Below are positions 26,742 to 36,199 of a stretch of 64,000 nucleotides of DNA, piece after piece; the stretch's first letter is position 1; the number at the start of each line of letters is the position of its first letter. The translations under genes and the position numbers were made by a program. The notes under the pieces are model-generated. The model did not search any database. It was not told the DNA's origin and saw only the letters and a list, made by a program, of their open reading frames with translations. Source of the DNA: Octopus sinensis. Its lineage: Eukaryota. The stretch covers positions 62,620,001 through 62,684,000 of the forward strand of contig NC_043002.1 of the NCBI RefSeq assembly GCF_006345805.1, read 5' to 3'.

Positions 26742-26965
26742 ATATATAATATATATATATATAAGGATGAGAACTTCGGCTTGCAAATTATTTTTATTTG
26801 CCAATGAAAGTACGAAACCTAAGGCTCGGCTGTAAAACATGGTAAATGTTTTCATTTGTCATTCACTTCGAAATTGCTCTTAACTGTGGTTTGCACATTT
26901 TGACTGTTCCTTCTAGTATGTAAGGTGACCTGTTAAGACTCACCTCTTTTGTGTTTAAATGTACA

Positions 26966-27014
<49 letters not shown>

Positions 27015-27206
27015 GTGTATGTATATATATATGTATGTATATGTATATATGACGGGCATTTAGCTTCTATCTACCAAACCCCCTCACAAGGCTTTGGTCA
27101 GCCCGTGGCTATAGTAGAAAACACTTGGCTAAGGCGCCACGCAGTGGAACTGAACCAGGAAACATATGGTTGGGTAGCAAACCTCTTACCACACATCCAC
27201 GCCTGA
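26574..27206 (-). mobile_element. family-A SINE interrupted in its internal microsatellite by a ~200-bp insert
   Basis: Head/core at 27052-27206, 3' part at 26574-26680, unrelated unique sequence at about 26762-26965 inside the (TA)n. Confidence 0.75.
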
Positions 27207-29026
27207 GCCTAGGATATTATGGGAATCCCTCATAAACACTTAGCAAACTATTAAAGCTATTGAAACAAGAAACCTAGCTATAACTGAACAGGAAGAGAAA
27301 TAAGCAATATAAGATAATTGGTTTTACAATATCATAGGATAATAAACAGGATTCGAATGAATCTCCTGTATTCTGCATAAATCCAGGGAAAACTTTTCAG
27401 ATTTGAGAAGATTTCTTGTTATCAAATCTCAGGACGACGTTCTAACTAAAAATAGTAGCATAACCTCTTGCTAGGTCAAATTCCCGTTCTACATTTTCGG
27501 GATGCAACTCTTAGTCTGTGACCTGTTACTTGTCTGTACGATGTCTAAGGGGTCAATGACATCCTTTACAAAATTAGATATATACTTCCAAAGAGCTTCA
27601 GTTGTGTCTACAATGTTTTGAGTAAAAATTTTCATTTAGCAAATTTTCAATAGTTGCGTTTACAACATTTTTCTCCTCTTTATAATTCTACTCGCGAGAA
27701 AAAAAACTTATTTTCCTGTACACAAACACACACACACATAGAGTAAATATTGGTGTATTGTTGTACCACTATCCTATATTTATACTCTAACCTGATGGTG
27801 CTTTGTTCTTCTGGGAAGCAATACTACTGCATTGCACTATTTAATAATTTTTTCTTTGGAAACATTTTCCCTGTCTCGGTCTGTTAACGGCTAGGCGTTC
27901 GAACGAGTAATACCGACATTGATGTAGTGACGTTTGAAATTTTGTATAGGTGATTCCAGCTGATGTGAACCAATCAAATTTACGTTAACAAACGTAATTT
28001 AGCAAGTTCGAAATCTAGGTCCTAGATTATCCACATCTGGGTTGTACATTTATTAAATATTCTTACTTTAAAACGATTTTTTCCAGCATATATATACAGT
28101 GAATCTATGCTATAGCGTCGTATATTATCGACTGCTATCTCCAGTATCTATTGGTGCAGTATATATATATGTGTGTATGTGTGCATGCGTGTTTAAATAT
28201 GAATGTCTAAAATGATTGCCACTTATATGGCGGACGACATTCATACGTGTTTCAGTAGTGTTTTAGTTTCGTCAGCGTAGCATAGTTTTTCGCTGTACTT
28301 CGCGAACTCAGTCACGAAAGAACCACATAGTAAATGTGCAACGATAAATTTAGTTGACGTATGGAAAACTAGAACTTCTTTGCCATCTTACCTATCTATC
28401 TTTTGAGTTAATAACATTCAAGGCTTACTCTTATTTTGTAATTCAAATTACTTCTTTATTTCTTTAGTAAATTTTAGTAATTTTTTCAAGTAGTAGTGGT
28501 AGGATGGTGAAGCTGATGGTTCTGCAGAGGAATTAGACTTTTCATTATTCCTAATTACTTTACATTCTTAAAAATTTCTTTTTGTTAAATGCTGCAATTT
28601 CCTTTCACAATATCTTCAAATTCAACATTTCTTGTCTATTTCTTCTTTTACGATCTCATTCTTTTCTTACTATTTCCTTTATTTATATATTTTTAGTCGT
28701 ATTTTTTAACGATTTTTATTTTTTTGTTTCTTTCTTCTCACTTTCTTTACTATATTCTTTCCATTCTTATTTGTTCGTTCACTCCAGTGCTCTTTCTTCT
28801 ATTAAAAAAAAAGAAAAAAATCGTTTACTTTTCCTTTTTCTGATTCTCCATTTTTCTATTACTTTCCCTTTCCTTCAGTCCTTCTTTCACTCCTTTAATT
28901 CTTTCCATAATGTTTTTTCCCTCGTTTTAAACTTTGTTTTCATTCAAAATCGTTTGTTTTATCTTCTTTCTTAATTTCTTTCGTTATCTATTTCTCCGTC
29001 TTCATCTCTCTCTCTCTCTCTCTCTC

Positions 29027-29064
<38 letters not shown>

Positions 29065-29193
29065 TAAAAAGAATTCCAACCTTGTCTGATTTTCACGTTT
29101 TATTTACAATCTTATAATGATATATTATAAGATAATATATTATAATTGAATAAAATAAAATGAAATAGTAGAATGTTAAATATTCATTCTGAT

Positions 29194-29238
29194 TGAACTA
29201 GTACTTTCATGCATTGAATTCTGCAATCTTCGGGTTCA
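29194..29238 (-). ncRNA. PLE hammerhead ribozyme motif, copy A
   Basis: TGAAC-CCGAAGA-T-TGCA gaattcaa TGCA-T-GAAA-GTAC-TA-GTTCA: stem I 5 bp, palindromic stem III AGTACT, UA cleavage site, C at core position 4. Confidence 0.75.
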
Positions 29239-29738
29239 TGTAGTAGTGTTGACAGTCATGCTTCACAATTTTTGACTGTAGCAAGATGATTGATTCTGTG
29301 CTATAAATACAGCTGGGTAGGCTCCAGAGTGCTAGGTTTTGCAAACTGTATTCTGACCAATCAGTGTGTAGTATCACTCAATTACTTAAGCTGATTGGTT
29401 GGTTGAGCTGATTGGTTTAGGCATCACGCTTTGTTGGACATGTCAAGAGTCCTGTATCTTGACCCTGGCCGAAGCAGCAATTGTTGGGTTATTTTTAGAA
29501 ATGTTGTAAATATCCTTTGTCAGAGATTTTTATATTTTTATATTTCAATTGTCATCATCATCATTGTCAGCACCTTAATTATTGTTGCTAGTGGTGATGG
29601 TGGTGGCAATAGAACTTTTAACCCTAAATAAGATAATTTTCCTGCTATCTTCGTCTTGATCACCTTTAGTATTGTTGTTGTTGTTAGTGGTCATGGTCGT
29701 AGCAGTGGAAGTAATACCTCTAAGTATTATTATTATTA

Positions 29739-32066
29739 TTATTGCTTATTTAGCTTGGGTTCGAATTTATCAATAAAATTCTTTTCTCTGATTTTCCTCT
29801 CGATTTCACTTGGGCTGTGTAATTTGTAGAATGGAAATATTATATATATTTTCCGACCACATGTTGCTAGGTGGTTACTCAAAGGTATCTGACGGACCTC
29901 TGGGTCTCTAATCTGTTGCCGGTGTACACGTGAGCGTTCTAATAGTGCGTTTCCCGTCTGACCTACATATATTTCTTCACAATTTGGGCATTTGATGCAG
30001 TAAATTAAATTTCTGCTTTTGCAGTTCATATTCGCGTTTGTGAATATTTTCCCGGTTTTTGTGTTTATATATTGACCGGTATGTATGAATTGGCATGTGC
30101 CACATCGGCTATCATTGCATTTAGATACCGTGAATGTTTGGTCTTTGTTGCTGAGGTCAAATTTTGCCTTTGTTAGTAATGTTTTCAAGTTTTTAGGCTG
30201 TCTTTTACTAAGCACCATAGCTCGATCCGTGATTATGTCTTTTAATTCATTACTTTGGGCAATGATTGGTAGGTTTGCTTTGGCAATGTTGAAGATATTC
30301 TGGTGACATGGGTTGTGTGTCACTATGAATGGTATGACTTGTTCTTGTTTTCCTCTTCCTTGGGTTGTCCTAAGTTGTTGTATAGGTATTTTTATAGCCC
30401 GCTGTATGCCATTTTCTATAAGTAGAGATGGGTATTTTTGTTTGAGCAAAAATTCTCTTAGTTCTATTAGGCGTTTGTTCCTGATATTTGCATCTTCTAC
30501 AATAGTACAAATTCTTCTGGCTAGGCAGTATGGGATGTTACGTTTTGTATGTGGTGGATGGCACGACTTAAAATTTAGGTATTGATGTGTGTCTGTGTGT
30601 TTATAGTATATATCTGTGGTGATGGTGGTGTCTTTTTTAATTACCATTATATCCAGGAATGGTAATTTGGTACTACTCATCTCCTTTGTAAATTGGAGAG
30701 ATGGGTGTAGGTTGTTCAGGAGGATATTGAACTCTTCCAGAGTATTTAGAGATTCTGTCCAGATTATGAAACAGTCGTCTAGGTATCTCTTCCATGCCTT
30801 TTCAATATACTTTCTAAACCCAGTGCCATAGTTTACCTCCACCTCTTGGTAGAGTTGTTCTTCTAAGTATCCCATTACAGAGTTGGCGTAAACGGGAGCA
30901 AACCTCGTTCCCATCGCCGTGCCTCTAATTTGGATGTAATTCTTTCCATTGAAGAAGAATGTGTTATTTTCTAGAATAAGCTTGACTGTGTCTAATATAA
31001 ATGGCACTGTGAATCTGCTGGGAATCACTTCTCTATGTTTTTCTAACCAGTATTTAATCGCCTTTATTCCTAAATCGTGTGGAATATTGGTGTAGAGGCT
31101 TACCACATCAAAACTTAGTAAAACTGAATTTGTTTCTGTTGTTTTGGGAAGATGGGACAGGAAGTCGATGTCATCCCTGATGAAACTTGGTATGTAAGTA
31201 CATAGTGGTTTCAAAACAATGTCAATAAAATTGCTTAGACGGTGTGTAGGGCATGCTGGACCAGCTATAATAGGTCTAAGTTTTAGGTCTTTTGGATGTA
31301 ATAATTTTATGTACTCACTTTCTTGTTCTTTTACTGCCTGTTGAATGTTTTTTGATTTGTGTATTTTTGGTAAGCCGTAGAAGTTGCTGGGTTTTGGTTC
31401 AAAATTGGTGATGTAGTCTTTTTCATTATCCGTAAGTGAGTTGTGGTGTGTTGAAATCAGGTTGTTGATCTTTTTCATGATGTGGTGGTCTATATTTGCG
31501 GGTATTTCACAATAGAAGGTTGTATCCTTCAGTTGGTCTTCAACCAAATCCTTATAGTATTCGGTATCCATAATAACAATTGCACCACCTTTATCTGCTT
31601 GTTTAATTATTATTGTTTGATCGTTTTGTATACGTTTACATGCAGACATCTCTGATTTGCTAATGTTTGGCCTAACATTGGTATTGCGTCTAAGGGGAAA
31701 TTTAGACAGGATATCAATGTATTGGTCAAGGTAGTTATTTCTTCCTTTTGGTGGGGTGAAATTTGATTTATTCCTTACTAGGGATTCATCAATCTCATTA
31801 CTTTTGTTAGCGAAGAATTCTACAAGTCGTAATTTTCGACAGAATTTTTGGATATCCTCCTTTAATTCTTGGTGGTTGGCTGTTGGTGTAGGTGTGAATT
31901 TCAGTCCTTTTGACAGAAGTTGGATTTCATCATTGTCAAAATCTCTTTTTGATAAATTAATTATTTTAGGATCTATACGTTCAGTTGTTTGGGGTATGTT
32001 TCCTCTTGGATTTTTTCTTTCTCCGGTGTTTGTTGTCCTGACGTAAAAAAATGGATTTTTTTCTGG
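29739..32066 (-). CDS. PLE reverse transcriptase + GIY-YIG endonuclease (frame open from 32066; first Met at 31649)
   Basis: Motifs IINLS..LLSKGLKFTPTP, ADKGGAIVIMD, FYGLPKIHK, RPII, FDVVSLYTNIP, GTAMGTRFAPVYAN, RYLDDCF, LPFLD, Cys linker CNDSRCGTC, and LIYCIKCPNCEEIYVGQTG..ER..HR GIY-YIG. The Cys-rich RT-EN linker suggests a Neptune/Naiad-like rather than Penelope/Poseidon clade; a phylogeny is needed. Confidence 0.95.
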   Translation of the reverse strand, partial: PEKNPFFYVRTTNTGERKNPRGNIPQTTERIDPKIINLSKRDFDNDEIQLLSKGLKFTPTPTANHQELKEDIQKFCRKLRLVEFFANKSNEIDESLVRNKSNFTPPKGRNNYLDQYIDILSKFPLRRNTNVRPNISKSEMSACKRIQNDQTIIIKQADKGGAIVIMDTEYYKDLVEDQLKDTTFYCEIPANIDHHIMKKINNLISTHHNSLTDNEKDYITNFEPKPSNFYGLPKIHKSKNIQQAVKEQESEYIKLLHPKDLKLRPIIAGPACPTHRLSNFIDIVLKPLCTYIPSFIRDDIDFLSHLPKTTETNSVLLSFDVVSLYTNIPHDLGIKAIKYWLEKHREVIPSRFTVPFILDTVKLILENNTFFFNGKNYIQIRGTAMGTRFAPVYANSVMGYLEEQLYQEVEVNYGTGFRKYIEKAWKRYLDDCFIIWTESLNTLEEFNILLNNLHPSLQFTKEMSSTKLPFLDIMVIKKDTTITTDIYYKHTDTHQYLNFKSCHPPHTKRNIPYCLARRICTIVEDANIRNKRLIELREFLLKQKYPSLLIENGIQRAIKIPIQQLRTTQGRGKQEQVIPFIVTHNPCHQNIFNIAKANLPIIAQSNELKDIITDRAMVLSKRQPKNLKTLLTKAKFDLSNKDQTFTVSKCNDSRCGTCQFIHTGQYINTKTGKIFTNANMNCKSRNLIYCIKCPNCEEIYVGQTGNALLERSRVHRQQIRDPEVRQIPLSNHLATCGRKIYIIFPFYKLHSPSEIERKIREKNFIDKFEPKLNKQ

Positions 32067-33262
32067 TTATGATTTATATTCCTGTTGATGTTTGCTTGAT
32101 GAATTTTGCGTTTTGGTTGTGGTACTTTACTTGGTTTCGTTATGTTTTCTGTCTTGTTTTTGGTATTATGTATGCTACTTTTCAATTTCTTGTTAGCATT
32201 GTTTTTAACCACCTGGAGAAATGATCTGGGTTTACTTCTAGATCTAGATCGGTTTTTTGTCCAGTTTCTTGTGGGTAATCTCTGTTGAGGTCTTGAAAAT
32301 GATCTGTTATTTCTACTGCTAATGGTCTGTTCAAAACAATATCTATTTTGTTTGTGCTTTTTGTTCCTGTTGTGTGCATTGGGGTGTTTGCATACAAAAT
32401 GGGAAGAGTTCTTACCGTAGTTCGTCTTCGATTCGTGGTGAAACAGGTGTTCATGTTGCCACGTGTTCTGGTGTATGTTGCGTTGGTGAGGTTGTCCACT
32501 TTTAATGCTATTTCTCGGAGCTCTGTTGTCTTTACCGTAGTTTGTAGCATATTTGTCGAGAAATAATTGTTTCCGCTGCCAAAACTTTCTTGATCTGCTT
32601 TCTTCTTTTGAGATATCTCTGATCCATAGTTCTCGCATTTTTTCTGCTATATTGCCGGTCGTTAGTTTGGATATTTCATCTCTGATTTGATCATCGATAG
32701 CTTCGTATTTGGCTTTGTAGCGGGATTGTTTAGACAGGGTAATGGAGATGTCGGTCCTGAATTTTATCAAACTAAGGTCCCATCGAAGTTTAGTTTCTTC
32801 CTCTGGTTCTCCTGCAATTTCTTTAATTAGGTACTTCCGAGGAAGTATGGGTGCCGCTAAAGATATCCATTTCGAATGTATTTCAGCATATTTTTCGCAT
32901 TTATATGCCTTCCAGAAGTTTTGTTTTCTTATGTTAAGGAGTTTTTTCCATGTCTTCTGTATCTCTTCTCTTTTTCGGTGTGCCTCTTTTTCCAGATTTC
33001 TTTCGTTTATTTCTGACATCCAAGGAGGTTGTGGTAGGCTTTCTCTTGTAGATTTTATAATTGTTGGTATCATTTCAGCTAAATTCTTAATTTCAGAGTT
33101 TATGTGTTCATTTCCAAGTTTTCCGTCTGTAGACTGTTTTTCTATTTCCTTTAAAATAGAGGATTGTGTGTCAATCATCGTGATGAGTGTTGATAATTTC
33201 GATGAAATTTCCATTAGAATTCTTTCTGATTCTGTTAATTTTGTTTGTTGCTTTCCAGACAT
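31973..33262 (-). CDS. PLE upstream ORF (about 429 aa from MSGKQ): helical N-half, basic Arg/Ser/Asn/Lys-rich C-half
   Basis: Intact long ORF inside the element unit. The likely start is the ATG at 33262; the track's upstream 30 aa translate the AT-rich leader. No recognisable domain. Confidence 0.75.
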   Translation of the reverse strand: MSGKQQTKLTESERILMEISSKLSTLITMIDTQSSILKEIEKQSTDGKLGNEHINSEIKNLAEMIPTIIKSTRESLPQPPWMSEINERNLEKEAHRKREEIQKTWKKLLNIRKQNFWKAYKCEKYAEIHSKWISLAAPILPRKYLIKEIAGEPEEETKLRWDLSLIKFRTDISITLSKQSRYKAKYEAIDDQIRDEISKLTTGNIAEKMRELWIRDISKEESRSRKFWQRKQLFLDKYATNYGKDNRAPRNSIKSGQPHQRNIHQNTWQHEHLFHHESKTNYGKNSSHFVCKHPNAHNRNKKHKQNRYCFEQTISSRNNRSFSRPQQRLPTRNWTKNRSRSRSKPRSFLQVVKNNANKKLKSSIHNTKNKTENITKPSKVPQPKRKIHQANINRNINHNQKKIHFFTSGQQTPEKEKIQEETYPKQLNV

Positions 33263-33466
33263 GTTGGCATATACACAATAGGAATATAGAATATATATAT
33301 ATGGGTGTGTGTGATTGTGTATAGAAGAATATATTAATAAAAAGAATTCCAACCTTGTCTGATTTTCACGTTTTATTTACAATCTTATAATGATATATTA
33401 TAAGATAATATATTATAATTGAATAAAATAAAATGAAATAGTAGAATGTTAAATATTCATTCTGAT

Positions 33467-33511
33467 TGAACTAGTACTTTCATGCATTGAATTCTGCAAT
33501 CTTCGGGTTCA
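33467..33511 (-). ncRNA. PLE hammerhead ribozyme motif, copy B (in the pseudo-LTR upstream of ORF1)
   Basis: Identical to copy A, 4273 bp away. Confidence 0.75.
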
Positions 33512-33574
33512 TGTAGTAGTGTTGACAGTCATGCTTCACAATTTTTGACTGTAGCAAGATGATTGATTCTGTGC

Positions 33575-33690
33575 TATAAATACAGCTGGGTAGGCTCCAG
33601 AGTGCTAGGTTTTGCAAACTGTATTCTGACCAATCAGTGTGTAGTATCACTCAATTACTTAAGCTGATTGGTTGGTTGAGCTGATTGGTT
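33575..33690 (-). promoter_or_regulatory. candidate Pol II promoter in the pseudo-LTR (three CCAAT boxes + TATTTATA)
   Basis: In element sense: CCAATCAG twice, CTGATTGG, then TATTTATA about 65 nt before the HHR and about 310 nt before the ORF1 ATG. Same layout at 35770-35883 (+). Confidence 0.5.
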
Positions 33691-34011
33691 TAGGCATCAC
33701 GCTTTGTTGGACATGTCAAGAGTCCTGTATCTTGACCCTGGCCGAAGCAGCAATTGTTGGGTTATTTTTAGAAATGTTGTAAATATCCTTTGTCAGAGAT
33801 TTTTATATTTTTATATTTCAATTGTCATCATCATCATTGTCAGCACCTTAATTATTGTTGCTAGTGGTGATGGTGGTGGCAATAGAACTTTTAACCCTAA
33901 ATAAGATAATTTTCCTGCTATCTTCGTCTTGATCACCTTTAGTATTGTTGTTGTTGTTAGTGGTCATGGTCGTAGCAGTGGAAGTAATACCTCTAAGTAT
34001 TATTATTATTA

Positions 34012-34979
34012 TTATTGCTTATTTAGCTTGGGTTCGAATTTATCAATAAAATTCTTTTCTCTGATTTTCCTCTCGATTTCACTTGGGCTGTGTAATTTGT
34101 AGAATGGAAATATTATATATATTTTCCGACCACATGTTGCTAGGTGGTTACTCAAAGGTATCTGACGGACCTCTGGGTCTCTAATCTGTTGCCGGTGTAC
34201 ACGTGAGCGTTCTAATAGTGCGTTTCCCGTCTGACCTACATATATTTCTTCACAATTTGGGCATTTGATGCAGTAAATTAAATTTCTGCTTTTGCAGTTC
34301 ATATTCGCGTTTGTGAATATTTTCCCGGTTTTTGTGTTTATATATTGACCGGTATGTATGAATTGGCATGTGCCACATCGGCTATCATTGCATTTAGATA
34401 CCGTGAATGTTTGGTCTTTGTTGCTGAGGTCAAATTTTGCCTTTGTTAGTAATGTTTTCAAGTTTTTAGGCTGTCTTTTACTAAGCACCATAGCTCGATC
34501 CGTGATTATGTCTTTTAATTCATTACTTTGGGCAATGATTGGTAGGTTTGCTTTGGCAATGTTGAAGATATTCTGGTGACATGGGTTGTGTGTCACTATG
34601 AATGGTATGACTTGTTCTTGTTTTCCTCTTCCTTGGGTTGTCCTAAGTTGTTGTATAGGTATTTTTATAGCCCGCTGTATGCCATTTTCTATAAGTAGAG
34701 ATGGGTATTTTTGTTTGAGCAAAAATTCTCTTAGTTCTATTAGGCGTTTGTTCCTGATATTTGCATCTTCTACAATAGTACAAATTCTTCTGGCTAGGCA
34801 GTATGGGATGTTACGTTTTGTATGTGGTGGATGGCACGACTTAAAATTTAGGTATTGATGTGTGTCTGTGTGTTTATAGTATATATCTGTGGTGATGGTG
34901 GTGTCTTTTTTAATTACCATTATATCCAGGAATGGTAATTTGGTACTACTCATCTCCTTTGTAAATTGGAGAGATGGGT
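34012..34979 (-). pseudogene. 5'-truncated duplicate of the RT thumb + GIY-YIG coding region
   Basis: The 313-aa track ORF is identical to the C-terminus of the 29739 ORF. Confidence 0.92.
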
Positions 34980-35446
34980 AAAAGACAGCCTAAAAACTTG
35001 AAAACATTACTAACAAAGGCAAAATTTGACCTCAGCAACAAAGACCAAACATTCACGGTATCTAAATGCAATGATAGCCGATGTGGCACATGCCAATTCA
35101 TACATACCGGTCAATATATAAACACAAAAACCGGGAAATATTCACAAACGCGAATATGAACTGCAAAAGCAGAAATTTAATTTACTGCATCAAATGCCCA
35201 AATTGTGAAGAAATATATGTAGGTCAGACGGGAAACGCACTATTAGAACGCTCACGTGTACACCGGCAACAGATTAGAGACCCAGAGGTCCGTCAGATAC
35301 CTTTGAGTAACCACCTAGCAACATGTGGTCGGAAAATATATATAATATTTCCATTCTACAAATTACACAGCCCAAGTGAAATCGAGAGGAAAATCAGAGA
35401 AAAGAATTTTATTGATAAATTCGAACCCAAGCTAAATAAGCAATAA
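34980..35446 (+). pseudogene. inverted duplicate of the linker + GIY-YIG region with a 1-nt deletion
   Basis: KRQPKNL..KTGK then a frameshift (GGGAAATATT here versus GGGAAAATATT in the other copies), resuming IFTNANMNC..KLNKQ. Confidence 0.9.
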
Positions 35447-35946
35447 TAATAATAATAATACTTAGAGGTATTACTTCCACTGCTACGACCATGACCACTA
35501 ACAACAACAACAATACTAAAGGTGATCAAGACGAAGATAGCAGGAAAATTATCTTATTTAGGGTTAAAAGTTCTATTGCCACCACCATCACCACTAGCAA
35601 CAATAATTAAGGTGCTGACAATGATGATGATGACAATTGAAATATAAAAATATAAAAATCTCTGACAAAGGATATTTACAACATTTCTAAAAATAACCCA
35701 ACAATTGCTGCTTCGGCCAGGGTCAAGATACAGGACTCTTGACATGTCCAACAAAGCGTGATGCCTAAACCAATCAGCTCAACCAACCAATCAGCTTAAG
35801 TAATTGAGTGATACTACACACTGATTGGTCAGAATACAGTTTGCAAAACCTAGCACTCTGGAGCCTACCCAGCTGTATTTATAGCACAGAATCAATCATC
35901 TTGCTACAGTCAAAAATTGTGAAGCATGACTGTCAACACTACTACA

Positions 35947-35991
35947 TGAACCCGAAGATTGCAGAATTCAATGCATGAAAGTACTAGTTCA
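35947..35991 (+). ncRNA. PLE hammerhead ribozyme motif, copy C (inverted arm)
   Basis: Identical motif on the + strand. Confidence 0.75.
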
Positions 35992-36155
35992 ATCAGAATG
36001 AATATTTAACATTCTACTATTTCATTTTATTTTATTCAATTATAATATATTATCTTATAATATATCATTATAAGATTGTAAATAAAACGTGAAAATCAGA
36101 CAAGGTTGGAATTCTTTTTATTAATATATTCTTCTATACACAATCACACACACCC

Positions 36156-36194
<39 letters not shown>

Positions 36195-36199
36195 ATATA

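Larger units (their letters stand above)
29057..36157 (-). mobile_element. Penelope-like retroelement: full unit + truncated tandem copy (pseudo-LTR) + inverted copy, inserted in (TA)n
   Basis: 29057-33329 is repeated from 33330 with a 4273-bp offset up to 34979; 34978-36157 is the reverse complement of 33301-34481; (TA)n on both flanks; RT and GIY-YIG coding. Confidence 0.95.

Noticed and set aside
26795-26835. HHR-like CCAATGA..GAAACCTAAGGCTC in the nested insert
   Set aside because: It needs several corrections and has no convincing stems I or II.
29431-29631. 66-aa ORF repeated three times (29431, 33704, 35554) and antisense ORFs over the RT
   Set aside because: The repetition only reflects the PLE duplication. 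They are antisense to the element, start at TTG or are shadows of the real ORF.
29739-32066. Selenocysteine recoding as reported for some Naiad PLEs
   Set aside because: No in-frame TGA in the RT-EN frame.
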